DNA from: Capsulimonadales bacterium
GTDB lineage: Bacteria; Armatimonadota; Armatimonadia; Armatimonadales; Armatimonadaceae
Direction of reading: 5' to 3'
DNA: 64,000 nucleotides
Assembly (NCBI GenBank): GCA_033762295.1
Contig: JANRLW010000084.1
Span: 1 to 64,000, forward strand
The translations under genes were made by a program, and so were the position numbers. Position 1 is the stretch's first letter. The number at the start of each line of letters is the position of its first letter. Positions 38,066 through 46,674 of the stretch are shown in pieces. The notes beneath the pieces are model-generated. The model searched no databases. It was not told the DNA's origin and saw only the letters and a program-made list of their open reading frames with translations.

Positions 38066-38205
38066 TTCAGGAACCGGGGCAACGCTTGAGGGCTGTCAAC
38101 GGCCGCTGACAGCGACAAAAAGACCCTCGACTTTTCGCTCCCCCCGGTGTTGACGAACCGTCCGGCAACGGGTTGCCGGACGGTCCGAACTCGGAGCAAA
38201 AAGTC

Positions 38206-38307
38206 GAAGGTCTCGCGCGTTTCATCTCAGACCGGGAACCGGACGAACCGATTCCGTATTGACGGCCTGCAGATCCTCAAAACGTCATGGGACGGCTACT
38301 CCCCTTC
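38206..38307 (-). ncRNA. yybP-ykoY manganese riboswitch
   Basis: Minus strand reads GAAGGGGAGTAGC...GCCGTCAATACGG...CCGGTC...GCGAGACCTTC; extended -10 TGgTACAAT at 38322-38314; lies upstream of terC. Confidence 0.9.
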
Positions 38308-38379
38308 TTGTTGATTGTACCACAGGGTCGTCTTTTGTGTTCCTATCTTTTGGAGTTATAATGAGTATTATCCTTTTCC

Positions 38380-39723
38380 ATGCCTACGGACTCCCGCCCT
38401 CCCGAAACGATGACCTTTGAGGACGCCGTTCAATACATGTCGGGTCTGGTCGCCTTCGCGCCCCGAACCGATCGGACGCCCTTCCGGCGTTTGCTGGCGC
38501 GCCTCGGAAATCCGCAGAATCGACTGCGCTGCCTGCACGTCGCCGGCACCAACGGCAAAGGCTCGACCGTCACGTTCCTCGCTTCCGTTCTGACCACCGC
38601 CGGTTACCGCGTCGGTTCCTACCTGTCGCCCTACGTTTTCGACATGCGGGAACGATACCGGATCGACGGCGAAATGATCCCGAAGGCGGAGTTCGCTCGT
38701 CTGGTGACCGGGATTCGTCCGCATCTCGAAGCGGTCACCGCCGGGGGCGACGGACCGATTACCGAATTTGAGCTGAAGACCGCCGTGGCGTTCGTCTGGT
38801 TTGCCGAACAGCGGACGGATTTCGCGGTGATCGAGGTGGGAATCGGCGGACGCCTGGATTCCACCAATGTCATCCCTCCCCCGCTCTGCGCTGCGATCGT
38901 CAGTATCGGCTGGGATCATATGAACCTTCTGGGCGACACCCTGGGAAAGATCGCCGCCGAGAAGGCGGGCATCTTCAAGCCGGGGTCGGTCGGCGTTACG
39001 GCGGTGGAACCGGGTGAGGCGTTGACGGCGATCCGGTTGAAGGCGGACGAGACCGGTATCCCACTGCATCTGGTTCGCCCTGCGGCGGCTCCGGACGCGG
39101 ACAGCGCCCTGGTCCGCTATCGCGGTCTTCCGGGCAAAGGCCTGACCCTGCACCTCCCGTCGGAATCCCTGCCCGATCTCTCCCTGACATTGCGCGGCGC
39201 GTATCAGGCTCAGAACGCGGCGACCGCCGCAGGCGTCCTGGAAACGCTGCGTCAACGGAAACTGGCGACCGTCTCGACCCGGGCGTTCCGGATCGGGCTG
39301 GAACGCGCCCACCTTCCGGGTCGCTTTCAGCTCGCCCGGCGAACGCCCGCCACCTTGCTGCTGGACGGGGCGCACAACGAAGATGGCGCACGTACGCTGG
39401 TCGAGGCGCTGCGGGCCGAGTTCGGTCCCGATGTTCGCTGTACGTTCGTTCTCGGGTTCAGCAAAAACCATGACCCGGAACCGTTTCTTCGCGTCCTCGC
39501 TCCGCTGGCCGAGCGGATCGTCGCCACCGAGCCGACCTTCCGCCCCCGGCCCTGCGATGAAATCACCCGCGCGGCGGAACGCCATGGTATCCCCTCGACG
39601 GAAATACCGGTCGCCCGGGACGCGATCGGCGACACTTACGCGGCGGCGACACCGGATGCGATCGTGGTTGTCACGGGATCCTTCTACACGGTAGGAGAGA
39701 CGCCCGAGGAGCTGAGGGGGTAG
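38380..39723 (+). CDS. folC: Folylpolyglutamate synthase/dihydrofolate synthase
   Basis: HVAGTNGKGST, EVGIGGRLDSTN, EKAGIFK, PGRFQ, LDGAHN, VTGSFY. Confidence 0.96.
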   Translation: MPTDSRPPETMTFEDAVQYMSGLVAFAPRTDRTPFRRLLARLGNPQNRLRCLHVAGTNGKGSTVTFLASVLTTAGYRVGSYLSPYVFDMRERYRIDGEMIPKAEFARLVTGIRPHLEAVTAGGDGPITEFELKTAVAFVWFAEQRTDFAVIEVGIGGRLDSTNVIPPPLCAAIVSIGWDHMNLLGDTLGKIAAEKAGIFKPGSVGVTAVEPGEALTAIRLKADETGIPLHLVRPAAAPDADSALVRYRGLPGKGLTLHLPSESLPDLSLTLRGAYQAQNAATAAGVLETLRQRKLATVSTRAFRIGLERAHLPGRFQLARRTPATLLLDGAHNEDGARTLVEALRAEFGPDVRCTFVLGFSKNHDPEPFLRVLAPLAERIVATEPTFRPRPCDEITRAAERHGIPSTEIPVARDAIGDTYAAATPDAIVVVTGSFYTVGETPEELRG

Positions 39724-39739
39724 GTACCGACCGGGCAAG

Positions 39740-39774
39740 AAAAAAGCGGCGTAGGACTGGATGCCTGCGCCGCT
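39740..39774 (-). terminator. Rho-independent terminator on the minus strand (secA side)
   Basis: Minus strand reads AGCGGCGCAGG-catccagt-CCTACGCCGCT then TTTTT. Confidence 0.8.
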
Positions 39775-39906
39775 CCCACTACAGCACGTGGAGAGAAAAG
39801 GAGATCACACATGATGGACGACGGTAGGTTAACCATTGTTTCCGTCCGGGCGTGTGTAAAAGCTCACAACCCTCTCCTTATTTTTGAATTTTACAGTCTA
39901 TTTTGT

Positions 39907-42900
39907 CTACTTTTTGTTCCTGTGGCAGTTCTTATATTTCTTGCCTGAACCGCACGGGCAGGGATCGTTCGGCCCTACTTTCGGGACGTTGTTCCGCTGT
40001 GAGGCGGCCGTAGCGGAGACCAGTTGCTCCACTTCCGGCGTCGGTCCGATCGGCTGCGGCGCCTGCTGCGTCTGTGCCTGCGCCTGCATTTCCGCCAGCA
40101 GTTCGGGCGGAAGCTGGCTCAGGTCCACTCCTTCGAGGTCGCCGCTGCCGAGCCGCTGCATGATCTCGAAGAGGTTCGCCTCGTCCGGCTGCTGGAACTG
40201 CACCTGGGCGAGGAAAATGTTCCGGACGACGGTGCTGCGGATGCTCGCCTGCATCTGTTCGAAGAGTTCGAGCGCCTCCTTTTTATAGGCGACCAGCGGA
40301 TCGACCTGAGCGTAACCGCGCAGACCGATCCCCTCCCGCAGGTAGTCCATGTCGGCGAGATGATGCTTCCAGGCCTGGTCCATCTCCTGCAGGGTAATGT
40401 AGCGTTCGACGTCGCGCATGACCGGGGTTTCGCCGTCCTCGCCCATGCCGAACTCCTCCTCCTTGGCCGTGTACGCCTGATCGGCGGCATCGTGGAGCTT
40501 TTCCTCGATCTGCGGTCGGTTGAGCGGTTCGAGTTCTTCGGGTCGGACATAGTTGGCGAGCGGGAACAGTTGATTGACGTTCTCGAACAGTCCCGCCCGG
40601 TCCCACTCTTCCGCCGGGAGATTGTCCGAACAGTAGTGTTCGATGGCGGTATCCACCGCCTCATGCAGGTAGGTGATGAAGGTCTCGCGCAGGTCGGCCC
40701 CTTCCAGAATGGTGCGGCGGTCGGCGTAGAAGCGGGCGCGCTGGACATTCATGACGTCGTCATACTCCAGAACATGCTTGCGCGAGTCGAAGTTGAACTG
40801 TTCGACCTTTTTCTGCGCTCGCTCGATCATCGGAGAGAGCATCGGCATATCGACCGCCTGATCCTCCTCCCAGGCGCGCATCATCAGGGAGTTGCTGCGG
40901 TCGCCGAAGACGCGCCACAGGTAATCCTCGAGCGAGACATGGAACCGGGAGTAGCCGGGATCTCCCTGCCGCCCGGAGCGTCCGCGCAGCTGGTTATCGA
41001 TCCGGCGGGATTCATGGCGTTCGGTCCCGAGAATGTACAGGCCACCGAGGGCGCGTACCTCCTCGCGTTCGCGGGCGAAATCGGCGGTCTCCTCCTCCTC
41101 GGTCAGAGAGATGGTTCCCGCGCCGGCCGGCCCCAGGGTCTCCGGATCGGCTGCCTGATCGCTTTTGCCGACGACATGGGCGATCGCCATCGGGCCGCGC
41201 TTGCTCGCCGGTCGACCCGCGCCGCCGCGCCGGTAGGAGAAGTCGGCTTTCTGCAGGGCGTCCTCGCTGGTCTCCTTATAGTGGGTTCCGCCGAGAATGA
41301 TATCGACGCCGCGTCCGGCCATGTTGGTCGCGATCGTGATGGCGCCCTTTCGTCCCGCCTCGGCGATGATTCGCGCCTCCTGCTCGTGATACTTGGCGTT
41401 CAGAACGTTATGCTCGATGCCGTAGGTCAGAGCGTCCCGCAGGCGGGCTCGCTGAGCATCGGCGAACTCGGTTTTCACCTCCCCCTCCGGCTTTTCGAGA
41501 ACCTTTGCCAGATTGGCGATCACCGGCGGATCGAGTGCGGGAATGCCGAGAGCCGTGCCCAGGTTCTCCAGCACGGTTTCGTCGAGCATCTTGATCGAGA
41601 CGCCCAGTTCGCGAGCGATCCCCTCCAGTCGCGGGATGGTCAGTTCGGTGATCGGTCGGTTGATCAGGTCGCTCATGGACTTGTACTTGTCGCCCAGCGA
41701 CTTGCGATCGGCTTCCAGCTTGTTTCGGAGCAGGATGACCGCGCCCAGCACCTCCAGCGCCTGGAACGTCAGGCGAGAGGACACCCGTTCGCTCATCTCG
41801 ATGGAGCGGGTTCCGACCAGGGTCGGCTGCCGACGGCAGTAGACCTGCAGAATCTCCATCGCGATCCCGCGCAGTTTGGCCTCTTCGGACTTATAGATGA
41901 CATCGGCCAGGTCGCGGCGCGCCATCGGCTTGTTGGTCGGCACCTGCACGACGTCGAGGGCGTAGATCTTTCGGAACTCGTCCTCCTCGGTCTTTGCCGT
42001 TCCGGTCATTCCGGCCAGTTTCCGGTAGAGGCGGAAGTAGTTCTGGATCGTGATGTTCGCCAGGGTCTGCGTCTCCTGCTCGATCTTGATTCCTTCCTTC
42101 GCCTCCACCGCCTGGTGCAGACCGTCGGACCAGCGTCGCCCGAACATCAGACGCCCCGTATTCTCATCGACGATGACGACCTCGGGCTTGCCTTCGTTGT
42201 TGGTTTTGACGACATAATCCTTGTCCTTGACGAAGACGGCATGCGCCTTCAGAGCGGACGTCGCATACTGCATGGCCTCGCGGTCGGAGGAGATGTCGTA
42301 ATCGGGTTCCTGGGCGGGCGGATAGCCGGCGGTACGCAGGGCGGATTCGATCTTGTCGAATCCGCGCTCGGTGTAGGTCGCGGTCTTCGCCTTCTCGTCG
42401 ACGGTGAAGTCCTTCTCGTCCGTCTCGGTATCGTACTTATCCTTCTTCGCCTCTCCCTTTTCCAGTCGCGGAATCAGTCGATCGAAAAGATAGTAGAGAT
42501 CGGACGGCTTTTCCGCCGGGCCGGAGATGATGAGCGGGGTACGCGCCTCATCGATCAGGTTGGAGTCACACTCATCGACGATGGCGTAATGGTGGCCGCG
42601 CGCCTGTACCATGCGCTCGAGGGAGGGCGACATGTTGTCGCGCAGGTAGTCGAACCCGAACTCGGAGGAGGTGCCGTAGGTGATATCGCAAAGATAAGCA
42701 TCCTTCCGGTCGAACAACGGTCTGGCGAACTTGTACCGGGCGTCCAGTCCGTCCACGGACGGGTCTTCATACTCCGGATCGTAGATAAAGGTACCGCCGC
42801 CTTCCCCGGTCTCCGGCGAGTGTCCCTGCAGGATACCGACGGTCATTCCCAGCAGGTGGAAGAGCGGTCCCATCCAGACGGCGTCCCGCTTGACCAGGTA

Positions 42901-43389
42901 GTCGTTCGCGGTGACGACGTGGACGCCGCGTCCGGCGATGGCGTTCAGGTAGGTGGCGAGCGTACACATGAGGGTTTTGCCCTCGCCGGTCTTCAATTCG
43001 GCGATGCGCCCGTCGTGCTGTACCATGCCTCCGATCAACTGAACGTCGAAATGGCGCATTCCGAGCGTGCGGCGACCGGCCTCGCGGCAGGCGGCAAAGG
43101 CCTCCGGCAGAATTTCGTCCAGCGACTCATTGATCGCCACACGCAGGGCATTGGCTTCGCGGGTGCCGCGTACGGCTTCCCGTTCCTGACTTTCGAGCGC
43201 CTCCTCGTTCCCGCGCGACTCCAGGTTCTTCTTGAAGCGTTCGCGGAACTCGTCGGTTTTGGCGCGAAGCTGTTCATCGGTCAGTTCCTGGAACTGTGCT
43301 TCGAGCGCATTGACCTTGTCGACGACTTTTCGATAACGATTGACGTCGCGTTCGTTTCCATCAAACAGTTTTTTTAATAGTTGTAGCAT
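39907..43389 (-). CDS. secA: Preprotein translocase subunit SecA
   Basis: ELKTGEGKTL, VDECDS, GMTGTA, ATNMAGRG, ERHESRRIDNQLRGRSGRQGDPG; C-terminal SEC-C CPCGSGKKYKNCH. Confidence 0.98.
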   Translation of the reverse strand: MLQLLKKLFDGNERDVNRYRKVVDKVNALEAQFQELTDEQLRAKTDEFRERFKKNLESRGNEEALESQEREAVRGTREANALRVAINESLDEILPEAFAACREAGRRTLGMRHFDVQLIGGMVQHDGRIAELKTGEGKTLMCTLATYLNAIAGRGVHVVTANDYLVKRDAVWMGPLFHLLGMTVGILQGHSPETGEGGGTFIYDPEYEDPSVDGLDARYKFARPLFDRKDAYLCDITYGTSSEFGFDYLRDNMSPSLERMVQARGHHYAIVDECDSNLIDEARTPLIISGPAEKPSDLYYLFDRLIPRLEKGEAKKDKYDTETDEKDFTVDEKAKTATYTERGFDKIESALRTAGYPPAQEPDYDISSDREAMQYATSALKAHAVFVKDKDYVVKTNNEGKPEVVIVDENTGRLMFGRRWSDGLHQAVEAKEGIKIEQETQTLANITIQNYFRLYRKLAGMTGTAKTEEDEFRKIYALDVVQVPTNKPMARRDLADVIYKSEEAKLRGIAMEILQVYCRRQPTLVGTRSIEMSERVSSRLTFQALEVLGAVILLRNKLEADRKSLGDKYKSMSDLINRPITELTIPRLEGIARELGVSIKMLDETVLENLGTALGIPALDPPVIANLAKVLEKPEGEVKTEFADAQRARLRDALTYGIEHNVLNAKYHEQEARIIAEAGRKGAITIATNMAGRGVDIILGGTHYKETSEDALQKADFSYRRGGAGRPASKRGPMAIAHVVGKSDQAADPETLGPAGAGTISLTEEEETADFAREREEVRALGGLYILGTERHESRRIDNQLRGRSGRQGDPGYSRFHVSLEDYLWRVFGDRSNSLMMRAWEEDQAVDMPMLSPMIERAQKKVEQFNFDSRKHVLEYDDVMNVQRARFYADRRTILEGADLRETFITYLHEAVDTAIEHYCSDNLPAEEWDRAGLFENVNQLFPLANYVRPEELEPLNRPQIEEKLHDAADQAYTAKEEEFGMGEDGETPVMRDVERYITLQEMDQAWKHHLADMDYLREGIGLRGYAQVDPLVAYKKEALELFEQMQASIRSTVVRNIFLAQVQFQQPDEANLFEIMQRLGSGDLEGVDLSQLPPELLAEMQAQAQTQQAPQPIGPTPEVEQLVSATAASQRNNVPKVGPNDPCPCGSGKKYKNCHRNKK

Positions 43390-43514
43390 TTTTCTTCCGG
43401 CAGGCAGCGTAACAGGACCGGCGAGAACCGTTCACGAAGGCGATCCGTGACGGCGTCCCGTCGGCGACGAATGGCGATAGGAAAGCGTGCAGCAGGGGCT
43501 CCGCTTCGAAAGGG

Positions 43515-43991
43515 TTACGCGGCAGCGGGGGGTGCGCGGGGCGGCAGCGACGGTCGTCCCTCGGGCGACGGGAGGGCATTTTCGGGCGCAGGCAAGGCGG
43601 CCAGACGCAGATCATCCGGGACGAGAAAAACCACACGGCGCGTCAGGCGCAGCGCGATGTCGGTCAGAGGACGGGTATCCGCGCCGGTTCCCTCGATCGG
43701 TTCCTTCTCCGGCGCGGGAAGAAACCGTTCCTCCTCGGATTCGCAGGGTTCGGGCGACTCCTCCGGGCGGCGCGGCTGGCCGTTGGCCCGGTCACCGGAC
43801 GGACGTTCCGGACGCGGTGGGGTTTCCCCTCGTCCTTCCGTCAACAAAAAACCGGCGGTTCCCCCATGAGGCAGCGTGCGAATCAGGGCGTTCAAAACCA
43901 CGGACGCCATCACCGGCGACAGTAACAGCGTTGAAAGCAAAACCACCGGACCGAAAGTCCGGGCAGGCTGACGATGCGAAAAGCGGCTCAT
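43515..43991 (-). CDS. secA leader ORF, candidate RAPP-type translation arrest peptide
   Basis: Basic N-terminus plus hydrophobic segment, long Pro/Glu-rich spacer, ends ...PPRAPPAAA*; 125 nt upstream of secA; extended -10 TGgTACAAT at 44041-44033. Confidence 0.65.
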   Translation of the reverse strand: MSRFSHRQPARTFGPVVLLSTLLLSPVMASVVLNALIRTLPHGGTAGFLLTEGRGETPPRPERPSGDRANGQPRRPEESPEPCESEEERFLPAPEKEPIEGTGADTRPLTDIALRLTRRVVFLVPDDLRLAALPAPENALPSPEGRPSLPPRAPPAAA

Positions 43992-44314
43992 AAGCGGTCC
44001 CGATAACGGGAGGTTCCTCCGGGAACCCGACTATTGTACCATGCGCGATTTCCGAACGTTCCCGCCGTTTTCACGGTCGGACGAGAACCGTCCGGGATTT
44101 CCCACTGCCGCTGTGAAGAAATACCAATAAAAATACTTGTATAATTTTCAACCACTCATATATAACAATCACGGCTCGCCGCATTTCGGCCGATTTCGAG
44201 CAGTTAAAATTACCAGACTAATGTATGTATTTAAGGCTGGTTTTGCACGTCATTAGCGGGGAACATTGCGTGCTATAATCAGTCGATTCGATTGAGGACG
44301 AATTAGCGACGCCG

Positions 44315-45151
44315 ATGAAGTGGAAAATCGAACCGGGGCGGGCCAGGTTTGTGTTCGTCCTGACCCTTCTCACCGCAGCCCTGATCGAAGGGACCGGACT
44401 GGCGCAGCAGCGTGACCGTCCCCTGCGCGCCGCCGCCCGCCGTCCCTCGATGATCGATGCCTTTCTCGACCGCCCGGTGGACTCCACCGACGAGCTGGTC
44501 GCCGTTCTGCGCAAGGACCTGCGGCTTCGTCGGCGTTACGCCCGACACTTCAACCTGCCGGAGGATCGGATCGTCGACTTTGTGCGTAACGCCCTGATCG
44601 TCGATTACCTGAAGCGGGACCGTGTCGTGACGAACTACTGCGTCACCGGAAACGGCCGTATCTACCCGCTGCGTCAGGTGTTCAAGAAGGGCACCAAGGT
44701 CTGGGCATTACGGGACGGCACCCCGGTGTTGCGCTGGGCGTGCGCCAACCCGCTGACCAAACGTCTGCCGATGACGCTGACCTCGCGTCGTCCGACGCTC
44801 TCGCCGATTCCGGAGGTGGGGGGTCGCCGTCCGCAGATCGTCGAGACCGTTCCTCCGCCCCGGCTACCGGAGGTCGCCGCCGCGACACCGACCCTTCCGC
44901 CGAACGAACCGCTCGAAGCCAGTACGGAAAATCTTCTGTCGGGGCCCGATCTGGTCGGTTCGTCCGTCGTGATTGTCGGTGGCACTCCCTTCCCCAGTCG
45001 TCTCCCGCTGGCTCCCCTGACCCTGATCACCCTTCCGATCATCGGCAACCTTCCCCACTCCGGGTCCGGCGCCACTCCGGTGATTCCGGAACCGGGAGGT
45101 ATCTGGCTGCTGCTGACCGGAATCCCGTTCCTGCTCGCCCGCCGTCGTTAA
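44315..45151 (+). CDS. Secreted PEP-CTERM-type protein with DUF6777-like domain
   Basis: Signal peptide; GTKVW..DGTPVLRWACANPL; C-terminal IPEPGGIWLLLTGIPFLLARRR; TATAAT at 44274-44279. Confidence 0.75.
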   Translation: MKWKIEPGRARFVFVLTLLTAALIEGTGLAQQRDRPLRAAARRPSMIDAFLDRPVDSTDELVAVLRKDLRLRRRYARHFNLPEDRIVDFVRNALIVDYLKRDRVVTNYCVTGNGRIYPLRQVFKKGTKVWALRDGTPVLRWACANPLTKRLPMTLTSRRPTLSPIPEVGGRRPQIVETVPPPRLPEVAAATPTLPPNEPLEASTENLLSGPDLVGSSVVIVGGTPFPSRLPLAPLTLITLPIIGNLPHSGSGATPVIPEPGGIWLLLTGIPFLLARRR

Positions 45152-45384
45152 CCGCCCGCCGGGCGGACGGTTACGCGATCACCTCGGCGACCCTGGGCTT
45201 ATCGGGCAGTGACGCGGTCATATACGGCAAGTACGTCTGGTATGTCAACGCCACGCGGGCGGCGGGCGGTGTCTCGTACGGGAAGCCGCGCCCCTGACCG
45301 GCGGATCGATCCGGTCGAGAACGGCGATCCGAGCGGTGCGGAGGGAGCGATCCGGTGTATACTGAAATCACCTTCCACGTTGCC

Positions 45385-46674
45385 ATGACCGATCTTCCCG
45401 CCGTTCCCGACCAACCGCCCGTGTCCGAAAGGCACGTCATTGTGTGCGGTCTGGGCCGATTCGGGCTTCGCATCGTCGCCCATCTCCGGGAACGTGGGAT
45501 TCCGGTTACGATCATCACCGAGAACTCGCGTCAGGATCGGAAGGACGCCGCCATCGCGCTCGGGGCCAACATCGTCGACGGCAACTTCCTGATTTCGGGG
45601 GTTCGCGCGTCCGCCGGGATCGACCATGCCCGCGCCCTGATCCTGGCGACGTCGTCGGATGCGGTCAATCTCGAAGCGGCTCTGGAAGCCCGTAACGTGT
45701 CCGCAAATCTTCGTATCGTCATGCGGGTGGACTCGGATAAGGTGGCGGGTCGGCTCTGCGCGGATTTCGATATCGATGCCGCGCTGTCGCCGCCGGTGCT
45801 TTCCGCTCCGGCGTTTACCCGGGCGGCGCTGGAACCGCCGCCCGCCCCCGCGGAATCGACGTCCCGACACAGTCTCCTGCCGCGCCGCATCGCCCCCCGC
45901 CGGTTCCATTACCAGCCGGTTCCCGTAGCTCTCGTCACGGCGCTGCTCGCGCTCTTCCTGTCGGGGGTTTTTGTCTTCCGCTCCACGCTCGATCTGGGCT
46001 GGATCGACGCCATCTACTTCACGGCCACCATTCTGACCACCGTCGGCTTCGGCGACATTCATCTGAAGGAGGAGGCGGACAGCATCAAGATGTTCGGCAC
46101 CCTCCTGATGTTCGGGGGGGTGACGCTGATCGCCGTGACCTCCTCCTTTCTGACGAACTTTTTTCTTTCCGGGGCGGCGACTCAGCTTCGGGCGGAAAGC
46201 CAGGCGTCTCGCCTGCGAAATCATGTGATTCTGTGCGGACTCGGCAGCGTCGGCTTCGAGGTCGCGGAGGACCTGATTGCCCGTCGTGTCCCGCTGATCA
46301 TCGTGGATGCGACTCCCGATGACGCACACGCGCGCAACCTCTCGGCGCGAGTTCCCCTGATTGTCGGTGACGCCACCGACCCGGTCACGCTGACACGCGC
46401 CGGAATCGACCGGGCGCGCGCGCTGATCGCGGCGGTGTCCAGCGACCCGCTCAATCTGGAGATCGGTTTCACGGCGAAATCGCTGGTGCAGGAACGCCGA
46501 CCGGACCGGCCCCTGCGTATCGTCCTGCGCTGTTTCGACCCGGAGCTTTCCCGCCGGATCCATCGTCTTTCGAACGCCTACACCGTCCTCTCCTCGGCCG
46601 AGATTTCCGCGCCGCTCTTCGCCGAGGAGGCGTTGAAGACGTCGGCTACGGTTCCCAGAGCGTACTCGCAATAA
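45385..46674 (+). CDS. Potassium channel with RCK(TrkA-N) - pore - RCK architecture
   Basis: Two VCGLG(R/S)(F/V)G Rossmann motifs flanking a 2-TM pore with TTVGFGD selectivity filter. Confidence 0.88.
   Translation: MTDLPAVPDQPPVSERHVIVCGLGRFGLRIVAHLRERGIPVTIITENSRQDRKDAAIALGANIVDGNFLISGVRASAGIDHARALILATSSDAVNLEAALEARNVSANLRIVMRVDSDKVAGRLCADFDIDAALSPPVLSAPAFTRAALEPPPAPAESTSRHSLLPRRIAPRRFHYQPVPVALVTALLALFLSGVFVFRSTLDLGWIDAIYFTATILTTVGFGDIHLKEEADSIKMFGTLLMFGGVTLIAVTSSFLTNFFLSGAATQLRAESQASRLRNHVILCGLGSVGFEVAEDLIARRVPLIIVDATPDDAHARNLSARVPLIVGDATDPVTLTRAGIDRARALIAAVSSDPLNLEIGFTAKSLVQERRPDRPLRIVLRCFDPELSRRIHRLSNAYTVLSSAEISAPLFAEEALKTSATVPRAYSQ

Noticed and set aside
41423..41770. Possible intein in SecA (insert adjacent to ...EHN)
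   Set aside because: The HN belongs to the native GI.HNVLNAK motif; there is no N-terminal Cys/Ser block or LAGLIDADG motif.
40024..43377. 1117-aa plus-strand ORF opposite secA, and similar long shadow ORFs (18201-20981, 31014-32960, 55437-58511, 58899-60242)
   Set aside because: Antisense shadow frames of strongly codon-biased genes in high-GC DNA; no motifs and no SD.
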